Of a stretch of 64,000 nt of DNA, positions 27,801 through 43,500 are shown piece by piece. The stretch lies in assembly GCF_009914755.1 (NCBI RefSeq), contig NC_060940.1, one strand, 5' to 3'. The first letter of the stretch is position 1. Each line of letters starts with the position of its first letter. A program made the translations under genes and the position numbers. The notes under the pieces were generated by a model. The model ran no database searches and was not told the DNA's origin. It was given only the letters and a program-made list of their open reading frames with translations. The stretch is from the human T2T-CHM13v2.0 reference genome, Homo sapiens.

Positions 27801-30800
27801 TTGATTCAATTAGATGATGTTTCCATTCGAATCCATTCGGTGATGATTCCATTGGTATCCATTCGACGATGATTCCATATGAGTCAATTCGATGATGATT
27901 CCATACGAGTCCGTTGGATGATAATTCCATTTGATTTCATTCAATCCTTCTATTCGATTCCATTTGATGATGATTCCATCTGAATCCATTCTCCGATTCC
28001 ATTCGATTTCATTCGATGCTTCTATTTGATTTCATTCGAAGATGATTCCTTTCAATTCCGTTCATTAATTCCATTTGATTCCATTCGATGATGATTCCAT
28101 CCGATTCCATTGGATGATGATTCCATTCGAGTCCATTCGATGATTCCGTTCTAATCCATTCTATGATTCCATTCGAGTCCATTCGATGATTCCATTCGAT
28201 TCCATTCAGTGATGATTCCATTTGATTCCATCTGATGATGATTTCATTTGATTCCATTCGATGATGATTCCATTGGAGTCCATTGAATGATTCAATTCAA
28301 TTCCATTCCATGTGGATTCCATTCGAATTCATTCGATTATTCCATTCAAATCCCTTCGTTGATTCCATCTGATTCCACTTGACGATGATTCCATTCAAGT
28401 CCAATCGATGATTCCATTCGGTTCCATTCAATGATTCCATTCGAGTCCATTTATGTATTATATTCGTGTCCACTTGATGACTCCATTCAATTCCATTTAA
28501 TGATGATTCCATTTGATTCCATTTGATGATTCAGTTCGATTCCTTACAATGATTCCCTACGATTCCTTTCTATGATGATTCCATTCGATTCAATTCATTG
28601 ATGATTCCATTCGACTCCATTCAATGATGATTCCTTTCGATTCCATTTGACGATGTTTCCATTTGAGTCCATTCGATGATGATTCCATTGGTATCCATTC
28701 GACGATGATTCCATATGAGTCAATTCGATGATGATTCCATACGAGTCCGTTGGATGATAATTCCATTTGATTTCATTCAATCCTTCTATTCGATTCCATT
28801 TGATGATGATTCCATCTGAATCCATTCTCCGATTCCATTCGATTTCATTCGATGCTTCTATTTGATTTCATTCGAAGATGATTCCTTTCAATTCCATTCA
28901 TTAATTCCATTTGATTCCATTCGATGATGATTCCATCCGATTCCATTGGATGATGATTCCACTCGAGTCCATTCGATGATTCCGTTCTAATCCATTCTAT
29001 GATTCCATTCGAGTCCATTCGATGATTCCATTCGATTCCATTCAGTGATGATTCCATTTGATTCCATCTGATGATGATTTCATTTGATTCCATTCGATGA
29101 TGATTCCATTGGAGTCCATTGAATGATTCAATTCAATTCCATTCCATGTGGATTCCATTCGAATTCATTCGATTATTCCATTCAAATCCCTTCGTTGATT
29201 CCATCTGATTCCACTTGACGATGATTCCATTCAAGTCCAATCGATGATTCCATTCGGTTCCATTCAATGATTCCATTCGAGTCCATTTATGTATTATATT
29301 CGTGTCCACTTGATGACTCACTCCATTCAATTCCATTTAATGATGATTCCATTTGATTCCATTTGATGATTCAGTTCGATTCCTTACAATGATTCCCTAC
29401 GATTCCTTTCTATGATGATTCCATTCGATTCCATTCATTGATGATTCCATTCGACTCCATTCGATGATGATTCCTTTCGATTCCATTTGACGATGTTTCC
29501 ATTTGAGTCCATTCGATGATGATTCAATTCAGTTCTGTTCTATTATGAATCCATTCGATTTCATTCAATGCTTCTATTTGATTCCATTCGACGATGATTC
29601 CATCTCTTTCCCTTCGATGATTCCATTTGATTCCATTCAGTGATGATTCCATTTGATTCCATCTGATGATGATTTCACTTGATTCATTTCAATGATGATT
29701 CCATTCAAGTCCATTCGATGATTCCATTGGAGTCCAAACGATCATTCCATTCGATTCCATTCAATGATGATTCCATTCATGTCCATTCAATGAATCCTTT
29801 CAATTCCATTCGATGATGACTCCATTCGAGTACATTCGATGATTCCATTTGATTCCATCTGATGATGATTACATTCAATTCCATTCGAAGATGATTCCAT
29901 TCAATTCCACTTGATGATGATTCCGTATGAATCCATTCGCTGATTATTCCATTCGATTCCATTCATTGACGATTCCATTCGATTCCATTCAATGATGATT
30001 CTCTTCTATTGCATTCGATGATTCCGTTCGATTCCATTCGATGATGATTCCATTAGATTCCATTCGATTGTTGCATTCGATTCCCTTCGATGATGATTCC
30101 TTTGAATTCCATTCGATTATGATTCCGTATGAATCCATTTGATGATTATTCCATTGGATTCCTTTCGATGATGATTCCATTCGATTCCATTTGATGATGT
30201 TTCTCATGTATTCCATTTGATAATTCCTTTCAATTCCCTTCGATGATGATTCTTTCGAGTCAATTCGATGATTCTATTCCATTCCCTTCGATGATGATTC
30301 CATTTCACTCCATTCGATGATTCCATTCGATTCAATTTGGTGATGATTCAATTCGATGACATTCGATGACTCCATTCAATTTCATTTGATGATGATTACA
30401 TTCGAGTCCATTTGATGATTGTATTCCTTTCCTTTTGATGATTATTCCATTCGTGTCTATTCAAAGATTCCATTCTATTCCATTCAACGATGATTCCAAT
30501 TGATTCCATTCAATGATTATGGCTATCGATTCCACTCGTTGATTCCATTTGATTCCATTCGATGATTATTCCGTTAGATTCCATTAGGAGATTCCATTCG
30601 ATTTTATTCAATGATTCCAATTGATTCCATTCAATGATGATTCCATTCGACTCCATTCAGTGATTCCATTTGAGTCCATTTGATGATTCCATTCGAGTCC
30701 ATTTGGTGATTCCATTCTTTTCCATTTGATGATGATTCCATTAGGGTCCATTCAATGATTCCATTCGAGTCCATTCGTTAATGCCTTTCGAGTCCTTTTG

Positions 30801-33800
30801 ATCACTACATTCGAGTCCATTCAATGATTCTATTCGATTCCATTCCATGATGATTCCATTCGAGTTCATTCGATGATTGCATTCGAGTCCATTTGATGAT
30901 TCCATAAGATTCCATTCGACAATGATTCCATTCGTGTCCATTTGATGATTCCATTCATTTCCTATCGATGAAGATTCCATTCGAGTGTATTCGATGATTC
31001 CATTCAAATCCATTCGATGATGATTCCATTCCAGTCCATTCGATCATTCCACTTGATTCCATTTGATGACTATTCCATTCAAATCCATTTGATGATTCCA
31101 TTCGATTCCATTCGATGTTACCATTCCAGTATATACGATGATTCCACTCGATTCCATTTGATGATTATTCCATTGGAGTCGACTTAGTGAATCCTTTAGA
31201 TTCTACTCGAAGATGATTCCATTCGAGTCCATTCGATGATACCATTCAATTCCATTCGTTGATGCTTCCATTCAAGTGCATTCGATGATATCATTCGATT
31301 CCATTTGATGATAATTCCATTTGATTCCATGTGATGATTCTATTCCATTCCATTCAATGATAATTCCATTCAATTCAGTGATTCCTCTGGACTCCATTTG
31401 ATGATGATTCCATTCAATGATTCCATTCGATTCTATTCGAAAATGATTCCATTTGAATCCATTTGATGATGATTCCATTCGATTCCATTTGATGATTCCA
31501 TTCGATTCCATTCGACGATGATTCCATTCGATTCCATTTGATGATTCCATTCTATTCTATTCGATGATGATTCCATTCGATTCCATTCGATGATGATTGG
31601 ATTCGATTCCATTTGATGATTTCATTTGATTCAATTCGATGATGATTTCGATCAATTCCATTCGATGATTCCATTCGATTCCATTTGATAATGATTACAT
31701 CCGAGTCCATTCGATGATTCCATTTGAGCCCGTTCGATAATTCCATTTGAGTCCAATCAATGATTCCATTCATTTCCATTCAATGATTCCATTCGAGTCC
31801 ATTTGATCATTCCGGTAGGGTCCGTTCGATGTTGATTCCATTGGAGTGCCTTCGATGATTCCATTCGAGTCCATTTTAGGATTTGATTCGAGTCCTTTCG
31901 ATGATTCCATTCGATTCCACTCGATGATGATTTCATTCGAGTCCATTCGACACTTCCAATCGATTCCATTTGATGTTTCCATTCGAGTCCAATTGATGAT
32001 TCCATTCAATTCCATTCGATGATGATTCCGTACGATTCCATTCTGTGATGATTCCATGTGATTGCATTCAATGATGATTCCTTTCGATTGCATTCGATTA
32101 TGATTCATTTCGTGTTCATTCTATGGTTCCACAGGTTTCACATCGTGTCCATTCCATTATTCCATTCTATTCCATTTGATGATGATTCCATTCGATTCCA
32201 TTCATTGGTGATTCCACTCAATTCCATTCAATGATTCCATTCCATTTCTTTCAACAATGATTCCATTAGTTTCTAATCGATGATCCACTTGATTCCATTT
32301 GACGATGATTCCATTCTTGTCCATTCGATGATTCCATTTGATTCCATATGATGATGATTCCATTCGATTCCACACGATGATTATTCCATTCGAGTCCATT
32401 CAATGGTGATTCCATTCAATTCCATTCGATGATTCCTTTCGATTCCATTTGATGATGATGGCATTCGATTCCTTTCAATCATTCCCTTTGATTCCACTCA
32501 AAGGTGATTTCATTCAAGTCCATTCGATAATTGCATTCGATTCCATTCTATGATGATTCCATTCGAGTCCATTTGATGATTCCATTCAATTCAAGTCAAT
32601 GATGATTCCATTCGATTCCATTCGATGATTCCATTGGATTCCATTCGATGATGATTCCATTCAAATCCATTCGATAATTCAATTCACGTCCATTCGATGA
32701 TGATTCCAATCGAATCCATTCAAAGATTCCATTCAATTCCATTCGATGATTCCCTTAGATTCCATTCGATGATTCCACTTGATTCCATTTACGATGATTC
32801 CATTCGATTCCATGTGATGATTCCATTCAATTCTATTCAATGATGTTTCCATTTGATTCCATTCGACCATGATTGCCTTTGATTCCATTCAATGATTCCA
32901 TTCGGTTCCGTTTGATGATGATTCCGTTCGATTCCATTTGATGATTCCATTTGATTCCATTGGATGAGTCCATTCGATTACATTCGATGATTATTCCATT
33001 CGAGTGCATTAGATGATTCCATTCGAGTCCATTCGATGATTCCATTCGAGTCCATTCGATGATTCCATTCGATTCCATTCGATGTTGATTCTGTTCAAAT
33101 CCATTCGATGATTCCACTCGATTCCATTCGATGACTCCATTTGATCCCATTCGATGATTTCCTTTGATTCCCTTTGATGATCATTCCATTTGATTCAATT
33201 CGGTGATTTCATTTGATTCCATTCAGTGATGTTTCCATTCGACTCCATTCGATGATGATTCCATTCGACTACATTCGATTATGATTTCATTCAATTCCAT
33301 TCGATAAAGATTCCCTTCGAGTCCAAACTATGATTCCATTCGATTCCATTCAACGATGATTTGATTCGTGTCCATTCGATGATTCCATTTGATTCCACTT
33401 GATGAGGATTCCATTCGAGTCCATTTGATGATTCCATTCAATTCCATTCTCCGATGATTTCTTTTGAGCCCATTCAATGCTTCCACTCGATTACATATGA
33501 TGATGACTCCATTCGATGAAACTCGATGATGATTCCATTCGCTTGCATTCGATGATGATTCCACTTGAGTCCGTTAGAAGATTCTATTCAATTACATTCC
33601 ATGACGATTCTGTTCGAGTCCATTTGATGATTCCATTACACTCCATTCGACAATGATTCCATTCAATGTTATTCGATGATTCCATTCGATCTCATTCGAT
33701 GATGATTCCATTCAAGTCCATTCGATGTTTCCATTCGAGTTCATTCTATTATTCCATTAGATTCCATTCGATGATGATTCCATTCGATTCCATTTGATGA

Positions 33801-34540
33801 TTGCATTCTATTTCATTTGATGATGATTCCATTCGAGTCCATTCGATGATTCCATTCGAGTCCATTTAATGAATCCATTGGTTTCAATTCTATGATGATT
33901 ATATTGGATTCCATTCGTTGATGATTTCATTCGATTCCATTCAATGATGATTCCATTCAATTCCATTCAATGATTCCATTCAATTCCATACGATGATGAT
34001 TCCATTTGATTTGATTCGACAGTGAGCCATTCGATTCAATTCCATGATGATTCTGTTTGATTCACTTGGTTGACATTTCCATTCGATTCCATTCGATGAT
34101 GATTCCATTTGATTCCATTCAAAGATGATTCCATTCTAGCCCATTCAATCATTCCATTCGATTCTATTCAATGATGATTCCATTCATGTCGATTTGGTGA
34201 TTCCATTTGACTTCATTTGATGATGATTCCTTTCAAGTTCATTAGATGATTCCATTCGATTCCATTTGATGATGATCCCATTCGAGTCCATTCAGTGATT
34301 CCACTCGTTTCCATTCCATGATGATTCCATTCCATTCCATTCAATGATTCCATTCGATTCCGTTTGATGATGATTTCATTCGAGTCCATTTGATGATTCC
34401 ATTTGATTCCATTCGATGATGATTCCATTCGAGTCCATTCGATGATTCTATTCGAATCCATTTGATGATTTCTTTTGATTATATTTGGTGATGATTCCAT
34501 TGGAGTCCATTCAATGATTCCATTCGATTCCAATCGATGG
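21881..34540 (+). repeat. 12,660-bp higher-order repeat, unit 2
   Basis: The printed lines are nearly identical to unit 1 in the same register (12,660 = 211 x 60), with only scattered SNPs (e.g. 12786, 17367, 19475, 21305). Confidence 0.93.
27841..29516 (+). repeat. The same 836 + 840 bp internal tandem duplication, in unit 2
   Basis: Pseudo-ORFs 28009/28845 and 28297/29133 are offset by 836; the CTCA insertion is at about 29317. Confidence 0.92.
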
Positions 34541-37500
34541 TGGTTCCATTAGAGTCCATTTAATGATTCCATTTGATTCCAGTCTCTGATGTTTACATTC
34601 GAGTCCATACGATGATTCCACTCAATTCCATATGATGATGATTCCATTCGATTCCATTCGATGATTCCATTCTATTCTATTCAATGGTGATTCCATTCGA
34701 GTACATTAGATGATTCCATTCGATTCCATTCAATGATGATTCTATTTGTGTCCCTTAGATGATTCCACATGATTCCATTAGATGATGATACTATTTGAGC
34801 CCATCCAATGATTCCCTTCGATTCCATTCGATGAGGATTCCATTCGATTCAATTCATTGGTGATTCTATTCAATTCAATTCTTTGATTCAATTCCATTCC
34901 ATTCGACAATGATTCCATTCGATTTCTTTCGATGATTCCACTCAATTTCACTTGACATTGATTCCATTCGATTCCATTCAATGATTCCATTTGATTCCAG
35001 TGGATGATGATTGCCGTCGATTCCATTCGATCACTCCATTCTGTTCCATTTGATGATGATTACATTCGATTCCATTTGATGATTCCATCTGATTCTATTC
35101 GAGGATTCCATTTGATTCCATTCGATGATGATTCCATTCGAGTCCATTCGATGGTTTCATTCGAGTACATCCAATGATTCCATTCGAGTCCATTTGATGA
35201 TTCCATTTCATTCCATTTGATTATGATTCTACTAGAGTCCATTCAATGACTCCATTCGAGTCCATTCAACAGTTCCATCCGAGTCCATTCGATGATTCCA
35301 TTCGATTCCATTTGATGATTCCATTCGAGTCCATTTAATCATTACAGTCGAGTCCATTTGGTGATTCCACTGGATTTCTTTTGATAATGATACCATTCAA
35401 TTACATTTGATGATGATCCCATTCAATTTCATTTGATGATGATTCCATTAGAGTCCATTCCCTGATTTCATTCGAGTCCCTTCATTGATTCCATCCGATT
35501 TCATTTCATGATGACTCCATTCGAGTCCATTCGATGATTCCACTCGATTCCTTTAGATGATTCCATTGGAGTCCATTTGATTGTTCCATTCGATTCCATT
35601 CGATTCCTTTCGAAGATTATTCCATTTGAGTCCATTCGATGATGATTCCATTCCATTCCATTCGATGATTCCGTTTGATTCCATTCGATGATTCCCTGCG
35701 ATTCCTTTCTATGATGATTCCATTCCATTCCATTCAATGATTCCATTCGAATCTATTCCATGATGATTCCTTTCGATTCCATTCGCTGATGTTTCCGTTC
35801 AATTCCATTCGATGATGATTCCATTCGATTCCATTCATTGAGGATTCCATTGGATTCCATTCAATGATGATTCCATTCTATTCCATTCAATGATTGCATT
35901 CAATTCCATTCAATGATTATGCCATTAGAGTAAATTCAACGATTCCATTCAATACCATTCGATGATGATTCCTTTTGAGTCCATTCAATGATTTCATTCA
36001 AGTCCATTTGATGATTCCTTTCAATTCCATTCCATGATGATTCCATTCGAGTCCATTCGATGATTCCATTCTATTGCATTCGATGATTCCATTATATTCC
36101 ATTCAACGATGATTCCATTCGAGTCCATTCGATGATTCCATTAGAGTACATTTAATGATTGCTTTGTTTTCAATTCGAAGATGATTACATTGGATTCCAT
36201 TCTATGATTCCATTCGATTGCATTCATTGATGATTCCACCCAATTCCATTCGATGATGATTCCATTCGATTTCAATGATTCTACTCGATTCCATTCAATG
36301 ATGATTCAATTCTATTCCGTTTGATGATTCCATTAGATTCCATTCTATGATGATTCCATTCGAGTCCATTCGAAGATTTCATTCGATTACATTCCATGAC
36401 GATTCCATTCGAGTCCATTCGATGATTCCATTTGAATCCATTCGACGATGATTCCATTTGATGCTATTCGATGATTCCATTGGATTCCATTCGATGATGA
36501 TTCCATTCGACTTGATTTGATGTTTCTATTTGAGTCCATTCGGTTATTTTATTAGACTACATTCGATGATGATTCCATTCGATGCCATTCAATGATTCCA
36601 TTTGATTCCACTCAATGATGATTGCATTCGTGTCCATTCGATGATTCCATTTGGTTCCATTTGATGATGATTCCATTCGAGTCCATTCGATGATACCATT
36701 CAATTCCATTCGATGATCATTCCATTCGAATCCATTTGATGATTCCACTCAATTCCATTTGATGACTCCTTTCATTCCCATTCGATGATTCCCTTCAGTT
36801 CCAATTGGATGATCTTTCCATTTGATTCAATATGGTGACTCCATTCTATTATATTCAATGATGATTCCATTCGACTCCATTAGATGATGACTCCATTCCA
36901 TTCCATTCGATTGTGATTTCATTCGATTCCATTCGAAGATGATTCCATTCGAGTCCATTTGATGATTCCATTCGATTCCATTCAATGATGATTCCACTCA
37001 AATCCATTGGATGATTCCATTCGTTTCCAATTGGTGATTTCATTAGATTCCATTCGAGGATGATTCTATTCGAGTCCATTCAATGATTCCATTGGATTCC
37101 GTTTGATAATGATTCCATTAGAGTTCATTCGATGATTCCCTTCGAGTCCATTCGATTATTTCTTTTGATTCCATTTGATGATGATTCCATTCGATTCCAT
37201 TCAATGATTCCATTCCATTCCATTCGATGATGATTCCATTCGATAATGATTACATTCGAGCCCATGTGATGATTCCATTAGATTCTATTCAATGATGATT
37301 CCATTCGACCACATTCGATGATGGCATTCGAGTCCATTCGATGATTTCACTCGATTCCACTTGATGATGATTCCTTTTGAGTCCATTTGATGATTACATT
37401 CGAGTCCATGAGATGACTCCATTCGATTCCATTTCATGATGATGCAATTCGAGGCTATTCGATCATCCCATTTTAGTGCATTCGGTGATTCTCTTTTATT

Positions 37501-40500
37501 ACATTCGATGAGGGCTCCATTCGAGTCCATTCAATGATTCCATTAGATTCCACTCGATGATGATTCCATTTGAGTCCATTCAAAGATTCCTTTCGAGTCC
37601 ATTCGATAATTCTATTGGATTCCACTAGGTGATGATTCCTTTCGAGTCAATTCGATGATTCCTTTCAAGTGCCTTCAATGATTCCATTCGATTCCATTCG
37701 ATGACGATTCATTTCAAGTCCATTCAATGGTTCCATTCTGTTGAATTTGATGGTTCCATTTGATTCCATTCGATGATGATTCCATTCGTGTCCATTGGAT
37801 GATTCCATTCGATTCCTTTCGAGGAAGATTCCATTCGACTCCATTCGATGATTCCGTTCGATTCCATTCCATGATGATTCCATTTGATTCCATTCCATGA
37901 TTCCATTCGATACCATTCGATGATGATTCCATTCGACTCCATTTGATGAATCCATTCAATGCTTCCATTCGAGTCCATTCGATGATTCCATTCGATTCCA
38001 TTCCATGAAGATTCCATTCGAGTACATTTGATGATTCCATTTAATTCCATAGGATGATGATTCTATTAGGGTCCGTTGACTATTCCATTCAATTCCATTC
38101 GAAGATTCCATTCGAGTCCACTCGATGATTCTATTTGATTCCATTTGATAATTCCATTCGATTCCATTTGATGTTGATTCCATTCGAGTCCATTCGATCA
38201 TTATTACATTTGATTCTATTCGATGATTCCATTCGATTCCATTTGATGAGGATTCCATTCGAGACCATTTGATGATTCCATTCAATTCCATTGGATGATT
38301 CCAATATTTTCCATTAGATGATGATTCCATTCGATTCCATTCAATGATGATTCCATCAGAATCCATTCGATGATGACTCCTTTTGCTTCCATTCAATGAT
38401 CATTACATTCGGTTCCATTCGATGATGATTCCTTTGGATTCCATTCGATGATGCTTCCATTCGATTCCATTTGATGATGATTCTTTTCGATTCCATTTGA
38501 TGATGATTCCATTTGATTCCATTCGATGGTGATTCCATTTGATGATTCCATTCGATTGTATTCGATGATGATTCCACTCGATTCTATTTGATGATGACTG
38601 CATTCGATTCCATTTGATGATTCCATTTGATTCCATTCGATGATGATTCTGATCAATTGCATTCGATGATCCATTCGATTCCATTTGATGGTTCCATTTG
38701 ATTCCATTTGATAATGATTCCTTTCGAGTCCATTCGATGATTCCATTTGCGGATATTCGATAATTCCATTTGAGTCCAACCGATGATTCCATTCGAGGCC
38801 ATTCAATCATTCTTTTTGAGTCCTTTCGATAAAGATTCCATTTTAGTCCATTCAATAATTCCACTGGAGTCCATTCGATGATTGCTTTTAATTCCATTCG
38901 ATGATATTCCATTCGAGTCCATTCGATGATTCCATTCGTTGCTATTAGATGATGATTCCATTCATGACCATTTGGTGATTCCATTCGATTTCATTCGTTG
39001 ATGATTCCATTCGAGTCCATTCCATGATTCCATTCAAGTCCATTTGATGATTTCTTTGAATTCAATTCGATGATGATTCCATTCGAGTCCATTCGATGAT
39101 TCCATTCAGTTCCATTCGATGATGATTCCTTTCGAGACCATATGATGATTCCATTTGATTTCATTCGATGATGATTCCATTCGATTCCATTCGATGATTC
39201 CATTCTATTCCATTCGATGATGATTCCATTCGAGTCCATTTAATGATTCCATTGGGTTCAATTCAATGATGATTACATTGGATTCTCTTCTATGATACCA
39301 TTCAATTCCGTTCATTGACAATTTGATTCCATTCGATGATGATTCCATTTGAGTTCATTCGATGATTCTATTCGATTCTCTTCGATGGTGATTCAATTCT
39401 ATTATATTGGATGATTCCATTCGATTCCATTTGATGTTGATTCAATTCGATTCTATTCGATGATGATTCCATTGGATTTCATTTGATGATTCTATTCGAT
39501 TCCATTCAATGATGATTCACTTCTCGTCCATTGGATGATTCCATTTCATTCCATTCGATGATGATTCCATTCGATTCCATTCGATGATTCCATTTGATTC
39601 CATTCGACGGTGAGCAATTCGATTCAATTCCATGATGATTCTATTTGATTCAGTTAGATGATGTTTCCATTCGAATCCATTCCATGATTATTCCATTGGA
39701 ATCCATTCGGCGATGATTCCATATGAGTCAATTCAATGATGCTTCCATATGGGTCAGTTCGATGATAATTCCATTTGATTTCATTCGATGCTTCTATTCA
39801 ATTCCAGTCGATGATGATTCCGTTGGAGTCCATACGATGACTCCATTTGATTTCATTTGATGATGATTCCATTCGATTCCATTCGATGACTCCATTCTGT
39901 TCCATTCGATGATGATTCCATTCGAGTCCATTCGATGATTCCATTCGAGTCCATTTCATGATTCCATTGGGTTCAATTCGATGATGATTACACTGGATTC
40001 CATTCTATGATTCCATTCAATTCCATTCGTTGATGATTCGATTCCATTCAATGATGATTCCATTTGAGTTCATTCGATGATTCTATTCGATTCCGTTCGA
40101 TGGTGATTCAATTCTATTATATTGGATGATTCCATTCGATTCCATTTGATGATGATTCCATTCGATTCCATTCGATGATGATTCCATTTGATTCCATTTG
40201 ATGTTGATTCTATTCGATTCTATTCAATGATGATTCCATTCGATTTCATTTGATGATTCTATTCGATTCCTTTCGATGATTCTATTCCATTCCATTCGAT
40301 GATGATTCAATTCTCTTCCATTGGATGATTCCATTTTATTCCATTCGACGATGACTCCATTTGATTCCATTCAATGATGATTCCATTCGATTCCATTCGG
40401 TGATTCCATTTGATTCCATTCGACGGTGAGCAATTTGATTCAATTCCATAATGATTCTATTTGATTCAATTAGATGATGTTTCCATTCGAATCCATTCGG

Positions 40501-43500
40501 TGATGATTCCATTGGTATCCATTCGACGATGATTCCATATGAGTCAATTCGATGATGATTCCATACGAGTCCGTTGGATGATAATTCCATTTGATTTCAT
40601 TCAATCCTTCTATTCGATTCCACTTGATGATGATTCCATCTGAATCCATTCTCCGATTCCATTCGATTTCATTCGATGCTTCTATTTGATTTCATTCGAA
40701 GATGATTCCTTTCAATTCCGTTCATTAATTCCATTTGATTCCATTCGATGATGATTCCATCCGATTCCATTGGATGATGATTCCATTCGAGTCCATTCGA
40801 TGATTCCGTTCTAATCCATTCTATGATTCCATTCGAGTCCATTCGATGATTCCATTCGATTCCATTCAGTGATGATTCCATTTGATTCCATCTGATGATG
40901 ATTTCATTTGATTCCATTCGATGATGATTCCATTGGAGTCCATTGAATGATTCAATTCAATTCCATTCCATGTGGATTCCATTCGAATTCATTCGATTAT
41001 TCCATTCAAATCCCTTCGTTGATTCCATCTGATTCCACTTGACGATGATTCCATTCAAGTCCAATCGATGATTCCATTCGGTTCCATTCAATGATTCCAT
41101 TCGAGTCCATTTATGTATTATATTCGTGTCCACTTGATGACTCACTCCATTCAATTCCATTTAATGATGATTCCATTTGATTCCATTTGATGATTCAGTT
41201 CGATTCCTTACAATGATTCCCTACGATTCCTTTCTATGATGATTCCATTCGATTCCATTCATTGATGATTCCATTCGACTCCATTCGATGATGATTCCTT
41301 TCGATTCCATTTGACGATGTTTCCATTTGAGTCCATTCGATGATGATTCAATTCAGTTCTGTTCTATTGTGAATCCATTCGATTTCATTCAATGCTTCTA
41401 TTTGATTCCATTCGACGATGATTCCATCTCTTTCCCTTCGATGATTCCATTTGATTCCATTCAGTGATGATTCCATTTGATTCCATCTGATGATGATTTC
41501 ACTTGATTCATTTCAATGATGATTCCATTCAAGTCCATTCGATGATTCCATTGGAGTCCAAACGATCATTCCATTCGATTCCATTCAATGATGATTCCAT
41601 TCATGTCCATTCAATGAATCCTTTCAATTCCATTCGATGATGACTCCATTCGAGTACATTCGATGATTCCATTTGATTCCATTTGATGATGATTACATTC
41701 AATTCCATTCGAAGATGATTCCATTCAATTCCACTTGATGATGATTCCGTATGAATCCATTCGCTGATTATTCCATTCGATTCCATTCATTGACGATTCC
41801 ATTCGATTCCATTCAATGATGATTCTCTTCTATTGCATTCGATGATTCCGTTCGATTCCATTCGATGATGATTCCATTAGATTCCATTCGATTGTTGCAT
41901 TCGATTCCCTTCGATGATGATTCCTTTGAATTCCATTCGATTATGATTCCGTATGAATCCATTTGATGATTATTCCATTGGATTCCTTTCGATGATGATT
42001 CCATTCGATTCCATTTGATGATGTTTCTCATGTATTCCATTTGATAATTCCTTTCAATTCCCTTCGATGATGATTCTTTCGAGTCAATTCGATGATTCTA
42101 TTCCATTCCCTTCGATGATGATTCCATTTCACTCCATTCGATGATTCCATTCGATTCAATTTGGTGATGATTCAATTCGATGACATTCGATGACTCCATT
42201 CAATTTCATTTGATGATGATTACATTCGAGTCCATTTGATGATTGTATTCCTTTCCTTTTGATGATTATTCCATTCGTGTCTATTCAAAGATTCCATTCT
42301 ATTCCATTCAATGATGATTCCAATTGATTCCATTCAATGATTATGGCTATCGATTCCACTCGTTGATTCCATTTGATTCCATTCGATGATTATTCCGTTA
42401 GATTCCATTAGGAGATTCCATTCGATTTTATTCAATGATTCCAATTGATTCCATTCAATGATGATTCCATTCCACTCCGTTCAGTGATTCCATTTGAGTC
42501 CATTTGAGGATTCCATTCGAGTCCATTTGATGATTCCATTCTTTTCCATTTGATGATGATTCCATTAGGGTCCATTCAATGATTCCATTCGAGTCCATTC
42601 GTTAATGCCTTTCGAGTCCTTTTGATCACTACATTCGAGTCCATTCAATGATTCTATTCGATTCCATTCCATGATGATTCCATTCGAGTTCATTCGATGA
42701 TTGCATTCGAGTCCATTTGATGATTCCATATGATTCCATTCGACAATGATTCCATTCGTGTCCATTTGATGATTCCATTCATTTCCTATCGATGAAGATT
42801 CCATTCGAGTGTATTCGATGATTCCATTCAAATCCATTCGATGATGATTCCATTCCAGTCCATTCGATCATTCCACTTGATTCCATTTGATGACTATTCC
42901 ATTCAAATCCATTTGATGATTCCATTCGATTCCATTCGATGTTACCATTCCAGTATATACGATGATTCCACTCGATTCCATTTGATGATTATTCCATTGG
43001 AGTCGACTTAGTGAATCCTTTAGATTCTACTCGAAGATGATTCCATTCGAGTCCATTCGATGATACCATTCAATTCCATTCGTTGATGCTTCCATTCAAG
43101 TGCATTCGATGATATCATTCGATTCCATTTGATGATAATTCCATTTGATTCCATGTGATGATTCTATTCCATTCCATTCAATGATAATTCCATTCAATTC
43201 AGTGATTCCTCTGGACTCCACTTGATGATGATTCCATTCAATGATTCCATTCGATTCTATTCGAAAATGATTCCATTTGAATCCATTTGATGATGATTCC
43301 ATTCGATTCCATTTGATGATTCCATTCGATTCCATTCGACGATGATTCCATTCGATTCCATTTGATGATTCCATTCTATTCTATTCGATGATGATTCCAT
43401 TCGATTCCATTCGATGATGATTGGATTCGATTCCATTTGATGATTTCATTTGATTCCATTCGATGATGATTTCGATCAATTCCATTCGATGATTCCATTC

